Counted from the first letter of the stretch, positions 34,930-49,000 are shown. The stretch: DNA of 64,000 nt from Lingula anatina (GCA_051362555.1 CM120643.1:3348001-3412000), one strand, 5' to 3'. Made by a program: numbers and translations. Notes: a model not told the origin generated them from the letters alone.

Positions 34930-36050
34930 AAAACTTCACATAAGTGCTTGCGACAGAAACCAAGTCAACCACAAGGATAAACCAACGTAACACAGCTTTA
35001 TGAAATAACTGACCCAATACACTAAATATCTCATTGGTTTTTTCCAGTAACGGGGACCTTCCCGTCTCCTTACAAATCCTTACAAATGTGTCCAACTGCA
35101 GGCAGTTACAACAGGCTCCAGAGTCTACCAATGCTTTACATTTTATTTCCTGAACTGACAGAAGAACACCTATAACCTACAAAATCTGGACACTGTACAT
35201 GTAGTGCCTGCAGGATCTAGTGACCCATTGTTGCACTAACAGCTGTCTACACTCTGCCTTAACGTGCCCTGCCTTATTACAATTGAAACACGCAGGTCGG
35301 CCATCCTCTGTCGAACTCGTATTTCGTCGTGTGTGTGGTCTTTGTGAGGAATTATCCACCCACTGTGAAAAGTTACCTTGATACTGATTTTGTGGGTTAG
35401 GGGAATTGAAGACTATAGTGTCTACCTTGGCCATCCTTGTTTGCAACAGTTCCTTAGTTTTTTGCTGTTGAATGAGAGCATGTTCTAATTGTTGTGCAAT
35501 GTCTGTAAATTTTGCCAGTATAGTGTCAAGCTGTGTTTGTTTTGTTTGAGGTATGCTTTTGTTGTGTCTGTCTGGCCCGGTAGCTCCTATTTCCATGTCT
35601 TCCTCTATTCTCGCGTTTTGTGTTACATAAGTGTTTGTTTATTGTTCCTTCAAATTGTCGTCAACATCTATAATTAGTTTTGTCCATGTGATAGATTCCT
35701 CCAGTGTAGTAGGCCAACCTCTAATTACCAGTTCTTCTGCTACATTTTTATTCGTTAACGCACCAGAGTATGCCCTGATATCAAAATGCTCAGTTTCTCC
35801 TTGTCTGCAGATGGTGAACGATCTATTAGCGCTCTCCCTGAATTGCCTATTGAACGTTGTAAGGGTTTCGAAAGCCATCTGTCTTAAAACTTCTTATTTG
35901 GATTTTAACCTTTCCTCCTCATTTGCAAACAAATATTATCTTTGTATGTATGATTTCATAGCCGCCCACGTGGTCCCATTCCTATCTGCCTGTGAATTTA
36001 AAAATCATTCTATTTCCTGCCTCCTTTTGATGTTCGAGTGACCAACTCAA
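34930..36050 (-). pseudogene. Decayed Gypsy-like gag-protease fragment
   Basis: Zinc knuckle CFNCNKAGHVKAEC followed by the protease motif VDSGA; upstream gag-like segments (RQGET, PTTLEESI) are broken by frameshifts. Confidence 0.75.
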
Positions 36051-36323
36051 CAATACCCCATGGTACGTCATGTATTCCTACATTAACAATATCTATCTCA
36101 TCTATATATATGCCCTAGCCTCTGATGGGATATTCCTGTCGCAAGTTGTAACAACTTGCAACATATGAAAAGAGCATTCTATGTATGTCATGTCTTTCTA
36201 ATTATTTACGGTAATTCTCCAATCTATACGAACGATTTAAATTAATTATTTTTGGAAGATAATCATTTTGTTCGTAAGGCTTGAAATTCAGTCTGCTAAA
36301 AATTGCCACGCGTTCGTATCCAT

Positions 36324-38253
36324 AGGGACAGTCGGGCTGACGTCACGCGCCTTAGCAACCGGCATCTGGGGTAAAACAAATCGGGCAACATGGCGGATCG
36401 CATTGACTTCTATGTAAAAGTTGGCAGACTTTGTCCGAAGATATCATACTCCACAGTGCCTGACCACTTGTGTCAGTAAGGATGAGTTATTTACCTGGTC
36501 GATTTCCTTTACAGGCCTTTGTAATTAGCCGCTGCACACCTGGTTAAGAGATAAAATCGGCCTTAATATAACTGCCGATCGTTATCTGTGATCGGGAATT
36601 TTACAGCAGAAGATTTTGAAAAGGCAGTGCTTGACCTTTTGTGTCTGGCGGGTTGAATCATTTACCTGGACTAATGAGTAAGCAGGCCTTTGTAATAAGC
36701 TACTGTTTAACTTGTTACGGGATAAAATTGGTCTTAACTGCATACGCAAATGTCCACCCTAAGTATATACATGTACATAAGTTGGTGAAATAGGAATGGC
36801 TTCTTAGAACGTGGATCGTAAGAAAGACCTAGAAAATGTGCAACACTGAGAAGTTATTAGAATAAGATTTCTACAAATTGTGATTAAATCACCTGCTGCT
36901 GCAATAGCCAGGGGGACGGGATAGGGGCAATGTCATCGGTCCCATGGCCTCTTTGGTCTGTATACAGTACATGAATATTAATGCAAGCCTGGAAGGACAG
37001 CATAAACAGTTGCTTGCTAACTTTTTGGAAGAGAAGACACGTGGTGTTTCCTGTATTAATATTGGCAGCTACGCGTCTATGAGTGTTTACAATCTTATTG
37101 TGCACTTTTCTGGTACGAAAATTGGCGAAATATCATGGAAGACAGAACGCTAAGTTTCAAAACGTGCAAGGTTAAAATTAAATTGAATAACAAACACAGT
37201 AATAAAGCTGTATGTTATTTTACCAGTTAAGGTCGCTTTTTTTATGGCAACTTTTTTTATTTTACTTGATAACTTAAAGATATAGACATTAACTCACAGG
37301 TTTGTCAATATATTGACGTACATATTTTTTCTTATCTTTAAACTCAATTAACTTACAGCAAAAAAGTTCGACGTTATAGTCCATTAATTTTAACTAAAAG
37401 AATTGATATACCGTCACACATGCCAAAACAAGATGCAATCTCAATTTCTTGTAAATATTACTTATTAATTCCGGTAACAAATGACAAACATAAATACCAA
37501 ACAAGGTACAATGACTTTCTCCCTCTCTATAATAAAATGAACTATACACACATACACAAATCTCGTAGTGCATGTACTGAGTATAGCTATGACCAAATCT
37601 TGTTTCGATCAACAATCCCGTATTTAGTCACGTCTGCACAATCTATAGCCTGCAACAGTCGTTTACTTTTCCGTTGATCTTTGAAATTTAACAAATCCCA
37701 TTAGATTTTATCAATGTGTTGGTAGTGTCACCTGGTACACAGCAAGCTTCCACTATTTAACTTTTGTACGTGCCTGAGAGTTAAACGGTACCTGTGCAAT
37801 TCAGTAGGCCTGCAAAATCTACTCGTATGTGTCAGCAATATGCAACGTCAACAGTTATAAGTACAATTGAAACCTTCCTTGATAATATCAGTTGCTTACG
37901 TATGGTTTTCTTTTCAAAGAGATGTGAATATTATGCTCATCCAGGTAAGCAAATGAGTCTTTGCAATCTACCACTGTAAGATATCCGATCACAGATAACG
38001 ATCGGCAGTTAAGGCCGATTTTATCTCTTAACCAGGTGTGCAGCGGCTATTTACAAAAGCCTGTAAAGGAAATCGACCAGGTAAATAACTCATCCTCACT
38101 GACACAAGTGGTCAGGAACTGTGAAGTATGATATCTTCCGACGAAGTCTGCCAACTTTTACATAGTAGTCAATGCGATCCGCCATGTTGCCCGATTTGTT
38201 TTACCCCAGATGCCGGTTGCTAAGGTAAAGTGCCCGGATGACCGACTGTCCCT
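36324..38253. mobile_element. Non-autonomous element with ~270-bp TIRs and AT TSD (ISL2EU/PHIS-type)
   Basis: AT|AGGGACAGTCGG...CCGACTGTCCCT|AT; 36350-36595 is the reverse complement of 37985-38225. Confidence 0.85.
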
Positions 38254-38554
38254 ATAGAAATACGGATGGAATACGGCTGTACCTGAAGTTATTTCCACTT
38301 ACCTACATTGCTAAGTGTAAGCATTACTTTCAGATTAAATCACTGTGATCAGCTAAAAGCACAAACAAATTATTCTTGCGATATTGCAATGAATTAAAAC
38401 AAACTAAACAAAAGTCGGGAATTCAAGTTAAAAAACAATCCGTTCTATTCTGGTGACGTAGCTGAAGCTGCGTACGCAACTCTGTCCGCCATTATGTACC
38501 TCTGCGCGCCAAAGCACAATACCGGGGACATTCGTCAAGTTTTAATTTAAAAGC

Positions 38555-40449
38555 ATGCCTGTCTGCGGAATAGTGGGCTGTTCCCGTCGTCAGGGTGAGG
38601 AAATAGGGATAAGGTTTTTCAAAGTACCGAAAATTATAAAAGGTCAAGGGGAAGAGACACAAAAATTGTCAGAGGAAAGGCGAATGGTATGGAAATCGGC
38701 TATCAACCGAAAAGATATTACAACGGAGGACAAGTGGGATAGAACTCTAGTTTGTTCGCTGCATTTTGTAGGCGGTGAGTTTTATTTTTATTCTCATGTT
38801 CAATGCAACCTATGATTGAAAATGTGAGTGGCTCTGTGTATATCCAGTGATTCATGTAGGCTTCATGGACACAGGTTGCACTGGGTTACGAGTGTTTAAC
38901 AACTTGATACTAATGTCCAGGCAACATTTTTTATTCATTGCAAAGTCCAAATCTATAATAGCACCCGATTTTATGGTTGCCTGGACTTTCTTGTATATAT
39001 ACACAGTCTGTTACATCTGTAAATACACCATTTTATATCATTTTATTTCCATGTTATTCATCATTGTAATTTTACATGTTATTTTTTTTTTTAATTTCAG
39101 AGACAAAGGCTTATTTGCATGACAGGACAAATCCTTCCTGGGCGCCAACAATAAATCTGGGTTATAGCCAGCAGGCTTCAACTCCACAAATTAACAGTGA
39201 CAGATTCAGAAGGGCTAAGCAGCGTAAAGAAAAGAGAAAGATTTCTGATGCAGTGTCTTCTCTTTTAAACCTTAAGAAAGTGAGACTTGAACTTGACAAC
39301 GAAAGACAGGAAAACACTGAAACAAACAATGACTGCTTGAGTGAAAGCAACACAGGTTTAGATAATGATGATCAACCAACACTTGCCCATGAAACTGACT
39401 GTGAAGCTGAGGAATATGTCAATAACACCAAAGACACACAAACCCAGTTAACAGGACAAGTCATTGAGCAAATTGTAGCTGACAACAGGGCTAGAGTAGC
39501 AGAGTTAGAAGGAAATGACAAAGCTGGTTGTAAACGCCAGGGTCTGTACAGATTTGAAACTTATGAGATAGATCCTAGCAAAGCTATATTTTACACTGGT
39601 CTACCAAGCATAGATGTTATTAAGTTAGTGTTTGAACTAGTGAAATGTCAAATGAGCAACAATTTTAGAAGCTTAAGCAAAGAAAATCAGTTTATGCTTT
39701 GTCTTATAAGACTTAGAATGAATTACACTTTTCAGGATATTGCAGATCAGTTAAATGTCTCACAAGCAACAGTTCAGAGAAGTTTTCATGCTACACTTGA
39801 TGTTCTTTATGCGAGGCTAGGTTTCTTGGTCAACTGGCCAGAAAGAGAGGATCTTAGAGAATCTATGCCTATGGTGTTCAGAAAAGGCTTTGGTGAGAAA
39901 GTTTGCATTGTATTAGATTGCTTTGAACTGAGGATAGAAAAGCCCAGTGGTGCTTTGAGCAAAGTGTTCACATATTCAAACTACAAGCGTTCTCATACTG
40001 TAAAATATCTGCTAGGAATGGCTCCGCAAGGTGTAGTTACCTGGATATCTGAAGGGTGGGGAGGACGAACGTCTGATAAGCACGTAACAGAAGATTCTAC
40101 TTTACTAGAAAATCTATTACCTGGAGATATTGTTATGGTTGACAGAGGTTTTCTTATTGATGAATCTGTTAATTTTTATCAGGCATCGGTAGCTCGCCCA
40201 GGATTTACCCGTGGCCATCCTCAGTTGCAACCTCTAGAGGTGGAGAATACACGTTCCATTGCAAATGTCCGTATTCATGTTGAACGAATAATAGGGCTGG
40301 TTTGTAGAAAGTTCAAAATCTTTGAGAGCATTATACCTATAGAGTTCTTAAAATTGAAAAAAGGTGAAAATGTCCCGACCATAGACAAGATTGTCAAAGT
40401 TTGCTGTTGCTTGACAAATCTTTGTCAGTCTGTTGTGCCATTTGACTAG
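38555..40449 (+). CDS. THAP-domain DDE_Tnp_4 (Harbinger/ISL2EU) transposase, 2 exons (38555-38774, 39101-40449)
   Basis: THAP CGIVGC..FFKVP..W..VCSLHF; GTGAGT donor at 38775 and TTTCAG acceptor at 39100 join in frame to ETKAY..WAPTINLGY. Catalytic motifs LDCFE, GGRTSD, MVDRGF, RIHVERIIG. Confidence 0.92.
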
Positions 40450-40867
40450 TATAATTTTGCAAAATGGATGATAACAACATGTATTCAACTCTGGAGTTGT
40501 GTTTACTGTTTGCAGTATTAATACACAAGAATAAGTTTATGCATAAGTAAATAGTCACAAATAAAGTTTCTTACAAGAAATTTAGATTTCTTTATTTATT
40601 CTTTATATTCATATATATGTTGTAATAAAAGCAGATACCATCGTATTTAAGAAATAAAACTTACAAGTTCATCATCACAAGAATTTATTATGAAACTTTG
40701 AGCTTTCGTTTAAGATAATCGGCTGGTGTTACATGAAAATTTTGACACTCTAATACCAGTCCTCAGGAAAATTTTCCAACATTTTGGAAATAATTTTTAA
40801 GAAGTTTCAGAATGACTTTGCATTATTTATTGCACACTTGTTTTAACACAACACAGAATAAAGAAAA

Positions 40868-41420
40868 CACATCTAGACTAAATATAAACAAAAATGATAA
40901 AAGAAAATGAGCAAAATCATGGCTTGCTTATTGCACTATCAGTTGGACTAGTATCTCTCTTGAACAAAATATATATCACAGGAAAAGTACAATCCTGGGA
41001 TATAATGACACAAAATAACCTAAAATCTACAGACTTAGCTAGTTAAAACACACCATTGCATTAGGGAATAAACATCTTTAAAGGTACTGGCTCAAAATAA
41101 GCTTCGACTTCACTAAAAGGCATGAGAGACAACCATTTTGCCTTGCAATTTTTACCATCACAACCTATCACATTTGTAAAGTACATCTAGACTAAATTTA
41201 AAAATGATAAAACAAATGGTGAGCAAAATCATGGCTTAGGTATTGCACTATTAGTTTTGATGAATATCTGTCTTGAATAAAGAAATATAGATCACAGACC
41301 AAGTACAATCCTGGGGACTAATAATACAAAAGATCCCCAAAATCTACAGGCTTTGCCTTCTTTATATATTGTAACAAAAACATTCCATTGCATTGAGGGA
41401 ATAAACATCTTTATAAGTGA
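40868..41420. repeat. ~310-bp diverged tandem duplication between the two ISL2EU genes, including a decayed partial PHD copy (41070-41180, minus strand)
   Basis: ACATCTAGACTAAAT..GAGCAAAATCATGGCTT..AAGTACAATCCTGGG at 40870 and 41182. Minus-strand IGCDGKNCKAKW matches IGCDGENCKVEW. Confidence 0.75.
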
Positions 41421-41504
41421 CTGGATCATACTAACATTACATTACAATGCTAGTTTACTTCACTTACATGTTTTCAGAATTCAATTATCACCACCATAAC
41501 CTAA

Positions 41505-44036
41505 TTATTTGCAATCAGGGCAGAGCCACTTTTCATCACTTGGAAACTTTTTCATTCTGAGGCATGAGAGATGGTACCATTCTACCTTGCAATTTTCGCC
41601 ATCACAACCTATCCATCTACGCCGATCCTCTTTCCCATTGCATCCCTCAACACAAAACTTGTTTACTGCATTATTGCTCTTGCCTTTGCCCTTTGTAACA
41701 GCTTTCAAGATTCTCCTCTTTGAGAAGTATTCACTAACTAACTCAGGCAGTATAACCCTTTCATGAAAGGCCCGACCTTTCTTAACAATGAATTCCCATA
41801 ATTCAATATCCCTATATATTCGCTCGCAGGTAAATGTATGAGGTGTCCACACAAAAAAGTCACAGTATTTAGTATCAGTAATAAACATTTGTGTTTGGAC
41901 CTGATAGTAGTAGCTGCTGTCCTTCTTTAATTTCCCACCATCAAGCCAAGGTGCATCTATCTTGGTTGAATCTTTTAAGGAGTATGGGCATTTTATTTCT
42001 ACCAGTCCAGTCCCACAACAGTCACAAGTGACAATCCCATCAGGACTTGCCCCAAACTCAACATAACTTGGGTTAATTACCAACCCACTGTCCCTCACAC
42101 AGAATTTCTGGTGGTGATCACTGTTGCACTTGACATAATGCTTTCGTGCTATCCCCTCTTTTCTCCTACCCCAGTCAACAGCAGCATTTGTGAAAGATGC
42201 AGGATAGCATATGCCCTTAACAACACTAATTGCAGGCGAGTTTATGTCCGTGTGTGTAATACTGTAAATTTTAGATGCAGTTAGTCTACCAAGTCTATAT
42301 TGTTGCCAAAATGGTGAATTAGATTGTCCCCTTGTATTAACTTCCAGATATGCGGCTTCCTCTTTGCTAAAGGTGATGTCAATGTCACTAGTGTGTTTCC
42401 GTATTTCGCTGATATCTGAGCTCTCAAGATGACATTCCTTCCTTATAGTTGAAAAGTCAACAGGCCACTGACCCAACAGTGCTTTGGGCCTAAACTGGGT
42501 AGAAAAGCCAGGGGTTATTGACAAAATTGCAGATTTGCTACTCCTTGCATTAAGGGCTCTGAAGAATGAATCTCTTTCATTTTTTGTTGGGGATGGGATG
42601 GTTGTAGTGATATCTACGGCTGGAGTAGATGGGGTTTCTTGGTGCAACCGTTTCTTGTTCGCTGACTGCAGGTTTATTTCTCGTATCCTTTTATAGGGTT
42701 GTTCAAGTTCTTGACTCACTGAGGGGTTTGCCCAGTACGCAGGGACATCAGTTACTGTTGTCTCTTTCTTTAACCTTGTCCACGTCTCCATGGCGAAGAG
42801 GAGGGCAGCAACATGACTGCAGGTTTCCCCAAGGCCTGCCATGCATGTACAGTGGGCACAGTCAATCTCCCCATCTGCACTGACAATCACCCAAGGCTCC
42901 AAAAGCTTTTCACGAATACGCATGGAATGATGAACCTGCAACAATGTATGAGAAATACATATTAATACATTATAAACATAATTATATGAAGAGAGAGAAA
43001 CACATGTATAGAAATAGTTTCTGTGGAATGAGGTTTCCATTTTAATTGCAAACTTTGCACATATACACCAAAGTTACTTGTGTTTTACTAGAATTTAATT
43101 TAGACAATGAATGCACATATTTGATACACTGAATAAATAGTTTTAGCTACCCTTAAGATAAATAGCAATGATACAAATAGACTATGGTCCAAATGTGGTA
43201 ATGCCTTCATTAATTCTGTCTGTATCATAGCGTAAAGTACAGATAAAAGAAAAGCCATAAATATGGAAAGCCCACATGTAACAAGCATTTTGATATTGTT
43301 AATCTACAAAATTTATTTATAATAAGTATATTTAACATAATATACGGCAAAATATTTAATCTAAACAGCAAACATATTACAAATAACTTTCAATGTACAG
43401 CCCCTGCAGCATCTCTATCAGTACTGTCATAACAAACATGTAGACAACAATTTCAACAAGGTTATTTTTCTCAAATCATAGACCTTTAATCATGAAACAT
43501 CCAAGTAACTAAATCAACATTTCTCCAGCATGGACCTTTTCTGGGCCAAAAGGTCACAGCTACGGTAATGCTTACTGTACAGTTCACCATTTTGAAAATA
43601 TAAAAAAATGGTCATCTATGTAGAATTGTGTGTCTCTTCGACAGAGTAGTCAGGATAATATACATGTATCTGGTAAAATCCCTTTGATCATTCTTCTAAG
43701 ATAATATTTTATTCAAATTGCACTTACCCTTGCTTTCATTATGTGGAGCCCGTTCGCGTCTTTGTGGAGTACATCTTTGACCCAACCATCTTGAAAGAGC
43801 TTGTAGGCTTCCAACGACTTATGACTTCTAAATTGCTCACGGGTGTAAGCAGAGTGCTGATATATCAAAAAATGATATATGTCTGTTATATTCATGTCTG
43901 GCCATGTCTTCTTGTCCGTATCAAAGTCTTTCTTTGGTATGGCATAAGGGTCTGTGTCCACTTTCGCGATCTTCTCATCGTATCTCTTTCTGGCGTTTTC
44001 TGGCAGACTTTCTCTATAATCCATAGACTTGGCCAT
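41505..44036 (-). CDS. SWIM zinc finger - YqaJ (lambda exonuclease-like) - PHD finger protein, 2 exons (44036-43728, 42935-41505)
   Basis: Exon 1 MAKSMDY..DPY..KSLEAY..GWV..KAR ends at a GTAAGT donor; a TGCAG acceptor continues VHHSMR in frame. SWIM CTCMAGLGETCSH; YqaJ RLTASK, GASPDG, EIKCP, YYYQVQTQM; C-terminal PHD CDGENCKVEWYHLSC..WLCPDC. Confidence 0.92.
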
Positions 44037-46604
44037 AAGCACAACAACAACAACAACAAACAGATGTAACAAAAACAATAAAAACATAAATTTAACGGCA
44101 AATAATGAACTTTCTGTGAAGATTTGATGGAGGTCGATCGGCAGCACGTGTGAACAAAGAGGTAGATAATGGCGACTGAAGTTGGTGCGGGACTAGTGTG
44201 ATGACGTCAAAGAATAGTACGGATTTCTTCATACTAAAGAGGTACATTTCTCCCAAGACAAGACAACATCGTTTTTCCCTGTTATGTTTTACCAAGACAG
44301 GACAACATCGTTTTTCCCAACTTCTGTCAAAAACAGACATGAATATTTTCGTATCCAGTTGCATATTTTATTTATTGCGTGTTTACTTTTAATATGATTT
44401 CACATATAGAAAATTTGCAATATTAATAATGTCACACCCCCTCCCCCCCATTAGGCCTACATAAATTTCTCCCGCCAAAACAAAATACTTGAAACTCCTC
44501 ACAGTAGATATCACTGACGTTAATAGAGATTATACTTGATATAAAAAATAACATCAGCTCAATTCAAGTCTATTTATGAAAGTCTTATACAGCATATTAA
44601 TTTGCACGCAATCAATGTAAACTTAATTAGAAAAAATACAGAAAACTGCAGGCAAATTTGTATAAGGTCATACGGCACCTTTATTTTTCACAATCACTAA
44701 TATCGGTAAGGTTTACCTAATAGTTGTTCATGAGACAAGGTCTTTAACAAGTAAAAACAAACAAACAAACAAACAAACAAAAAAAAGTACATTAACTTTA
44801 TCACAACTCCAATTAGAAAAATAAATACAATACAAGACAGAACTCCTCTTAAAAAAATTAATTTCCTGATGACTACCAAAAACAAATGAAAAACTCGATC
44901 ATTGACAATGGATTTCTCATACTCTTCTGTTGTGCGTGGGTTTCAAGTTTATAGATTTTACTAGAAACCAGTTATCGGTGAAACACTGATGGTGGATGTT
45001 GATGATCCAGTCGGCCGGCAGAAGTTAAGAAATGATAATAAACAGTAAGTAATTTATGCGTAATGATGCTGTCAATAATTTCTCAATAACAATAGGGTTT
45101 TAAAACTACTGGCCTGTAGCTGCCGGCGGGCAGGTTGAGTCCTCCTATCGTCTCATTCAAAAACAGCACAAATACATGATAACAATCTCTCCTGTCAAGT
45201 GGCAGTTCCTTTGTTTGGAACGGTGGTCTGAAAACTCGCTTTGACGAATCATGGGGCGAGTTTCAATCGGGCACACTTTCTTGCGTTCGGAAAATTTAAA
45301 TTGTGCCCAAGGTGAGTTTAGCGATCGTTCGTACAGAACGGAGACAAAAAATTCAGATTCAGAGAAAAAACGTTTCGTTCGTAATTATTGCGGCGTTCGT
45401 ATAGATTGGAGAATTACCGTATATGTGAAACATTTATATAATTGAAGGCATATTGGTATTCAAGAAAGAGGTAGGATAATTTTTAAGTAAGATTTTTTGT
45501 CACTTCTTTTTTGGCATCGGAATCTGACATGCCGATATTGATTGCATTATTTCAGAAGTGGAAAGGTCATTGTCCTCAGACTCAATAGTTTTTTTTTTAG
45601 TATATTGGGAGAATGTTCCATTCATTTGGTCCATAGACTTGAAGAGCTAGGTCAGGAGCATAATGATGAACTAACCTCATGGTTATCTCGGCCACCAAAC
45701 TATATAAATTATTTCCAGCACTATTCAGGTATATTTATATCATACCAGCAGGAGTTCAATATGTTGCTAATTGTGCCAATTAAGATGTCTGGTTCTTCCT
45801 GAACTGTTCTTGGTGTGGCTCTGAAGCAGGTAAGAATTTCATGGTTTAGTCAATGGTCAGTAATACCTGTTTTGGAGACAATTGTTCCAAGATATTTTAT
45901 GTAGATTGGTCTTGATAAATTTCAGAATGTACTTGATGTTTATATCCAACTGGTGACATATTGCTTTCCTTGCTTCCGAGTCCCCAGTATTGTGAAGCAT
46001 CATCTTCATAGCTGTCTACCTAAAAAAGTTACAATGAGAAAAGTTACTGCCCCATCCGAGACATAACTGCCAATATGTCTGTTGAGGAAGGATCAGAAAT
46101 TAAAAAAAGACAAAAACACAATAAAATTTAAATGATAAATTTAATGTAATGAAAAAAATAATACAAAATCTGAAAAATAAAACAATACAAATTGAAAAAC
46201 CGCTGCTGGTGAGACTGCTTTCCTTGAGAGTTGCAGAGTAGACCGCTGCAGCTGGGAAGACCATTGTGACGAGGATCAATTAGAGAACCACTGATGGTGA
46301 GACGTGCAAACAGATTCCAATCGACTGAGGTTGTACAGTCCTTCGGCATTGCCAGGAGTAGGCTTGCAAGAATGCTAAGGGATAATGGAATTTTGTGGTG
46401 TTGCAGAGAAGCCAAAATGTGAGAAAATACCCAAATGTGAATATCAAAACCAAAATCTGTGACCATAAGTTCTGAAAGTGAGTAATTTCATGTCTTTTGT
46501 TTTGTGTACGATGTACACAAATTTGTACTTGATGCAAGGTTGAGTCGTTAATTGCGGTAACACATGGATAAATGAAGTATTCAAGGTGATTAATATTTTG
46601 CAAA

Positions 46605-46990
46605 GCCCAATTTAGGTAAAACGCCCTTATAACCCTTTTCTGAGCATGTAAAAGGGATTATATTATGTCTTTATAACTTTTCTAATCAAGTTAAGACCAA
46701 TTTAAGTACAATGTCCTTATAACCCTTTTCTGGGCATGTAAAAGTGATTTTTATTCTGTCTTTATTACCCTTTTCTGATCAGGTAAAGGCCAATTTAGGT
46801 GTAACATCCTTATAACTATTATCCTAGCAGGTAGAAGCACTTTTTGTTACGTCTTCCGAACAGCAAAGGCCAATTTAGGTTAAACATACTTATAAGCATT
46901 TTTCGAACAGGTAAAAGCGATTTTTCTTACGTCTTTATAACCCTTTGTCAGTGTAAGAGTTTATGTGCAACTTCTTATAACCCTTTGGTT
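46605..46990. repeat. Degenerate ~45-50-bp tandem repeat
   Basis: Recurrent CTTATAACCCTTTTCTG and GGCCAATTTAGG motifs. Confidence 0.75.
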
Positions 46991-49000
46991 AAAGCTTTTT
47001 TCAGTTCAAACTCTCTACAATTTAAAATAGCAAATTGCAGTTGGTCTTTAATGCCCCTTTCCCAAAAAGTTTTCATTCCTTCTTTTAACTTGTTAATGAT
47101 CACATTAAGGCTATTAAGACATTTTCAATGCTTATAGTCAATTTGTACTACTTGGTGTTACTTGCTCATCACAATCCGTTCAACAAACATGTCTGTGGAT
47201 TTAAAATTACAATTTATTGCAAAAGAAATGTAAAAAGACCATCAATAAATGAGCCTTTGAGTTAATTTTTTCCCACAGATCCATTTAAAAAACAAAAAAT
47301 CCGAAAGTCTTTCTTTTGAAAATCACACGTTAATCAAACATATTAAAGTCTAAATACATGCCCATGATGGGCAATCTTGGGGCTTACCTCTTTCAGAAAG
47401 TGGCCCGTTCCTTTTTGGCACGATTGTCATTTTTCTTGTGCGTTCGGGTTGCTGTTTACGGTATATAGAGTCTAATTTTCTCTTGTATCGTTGCATTTTT
47501 TCTGACTCCCATTGTATTTCTCTAACAGTCCTTTCCCCAAACTTGTTCTCTTCGTCGCTATAGACATGTATTCCTTCTTCATCAATACTCCAACCTTTTC
47601 CTTCTTCCTCTCTGTCCATTCTGCCATCTGCAGGGCAGTTCTACTTCTGTGCAGTTTCTGCAAAGGTGAAAGAACAACCAACTTACTTAATGGTAAATAA
47701 CATTTAACCGATTCCAGTCAAGCTCCTTTTTAAAGGAAATTTCAGGATCGGAAAGTTAACGTGCACACCACACACAGATGAACCAACAAAGTGCAGAAAA
47801 AAGCGCACACCCCCACAGAAGGCAGCACAGATTTTTTTTATCAATTCTGGGGATACCATCAATTTTTTGCACTTCCTCATCCGACTTTATTTCATCAATA
47901 TCCAACATTTCACCAAAATTACAGAGATAATTAATGAAATAACTAAGCAGTCTATCACAAATATTTAAGATCACACATATTTTTTGCAACTTCTTATAAC
48001 CCTTTTTCATTGGTTAAAGCTATTTTCGTTCAAACCCTTCCAATAAAAAATAACAATTTGCAGTTTGTCTTTAATACTCTTTTCCCAGAAAGTTAAGATT
48101 TTTGTTCCGTTTTTAACTTGTTTATGATCACATTAAGGCAATTAAGACATTTTTCAATTCTTAGTCAATTTGTACTACTTGGCATTACTTGCTCATCCCA
48201 ATCCATTCAATAAACGAGGTCTGTGGATTTAAAATGATAATAATTTATTGCATCAATAACTAAAAACCCTTAATCTTTTCCCAAAGATCCATTAAAAAAA
48301 CAAAAATACGAAAGTTTTTCCTTTTGAAAATCACAGGTTAATTGAACACATTTAAGTCTAAATTCATGCCTATGATGGGCAATCTTGGGGCTTACCTCTT
48401 TCAGAAAGTGCCCCGTCCCTTTTTGGCACGATTGTCATTTTTCTTGTGCGTTCGGGTTGCTGTTTATGGTATATAGAGTCTAGTTTTCTCTTGTATCGTT
48501 GCATTTTCTCTGACTCCCATTGTATTTCTCTAACAGTCCTTTCCCCAAACTCGTTCTCTTCGTCACTAGACGTGTATTCCTTCTTCATCAATGCTCCAAC
48601 CTTTTCCTTCTTCCTCTCTGTCCATTCTGCCATCTGCAGGGCAGTTCTTCTTCTGTGCAGTTTCTGCAAAGTTGAAAGAACAACCAACTTATACTTAATG
48701 GTCAATAACATTTAACCGATTCCAGTCAAGCTCCTTTTTAAAGGAAATTTCAGGATCGGAAAGTTAACGTGCACACCTCACATGCACAGACAGACCAACA
48801 AAGTGCAGAAAAAAAGCAGACACCCCCACAGCAGGCAGCACAGATTTTTGTAAATCAATCTGTGGATACCAACAATTTTTTGCACTTCCTCATCTGACTA
48901 AATTTATTCCGACAATATCCAACATTTTACCAAAATTACAAAGATAATTAATGAAATAACTAAGCAGTCTATCACATAAATATTTAAGATCACACATAAA
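46966..49000. repeat. ~1.02-kb tandem duplication
   Basis: Units start TGCAACTTCTTATAACCCTTT at 46966 and 47985 and both end AATATTTAAGATCACACAT. Confidence 0.93.

Larger units (their letters stand above)
38440..44222. mobile_element. ISL2EU (PIF/Harbinger-related) DNA transposon, apparently full length
   Basis: Imperfect TIRs CCGTTCTATTCTGGTGACGT and ACGTCAAAGAATAGTACGG, flanked by AT. Convergent THAP-DDE and YqaJ genes are the arrangement known for ISL2EU. Confidence 0.85.

Noticed and set aside
38440-44222. YqaJ gene as a phage or horizontally acquired recombinase, or the element as Kolobok
   Set aside because: Spliceosomal introns, a DDE_Tnp_4-type transposase and AT flanks fit ISL2EU; no TTAA TSD is present.
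45560-46600. Possible LINE 3' end and an opposite-strand retroelement fragment around an A-rich tail
   Set aside because: Too decayed to assign by eye; no diagnostic motif is intact.
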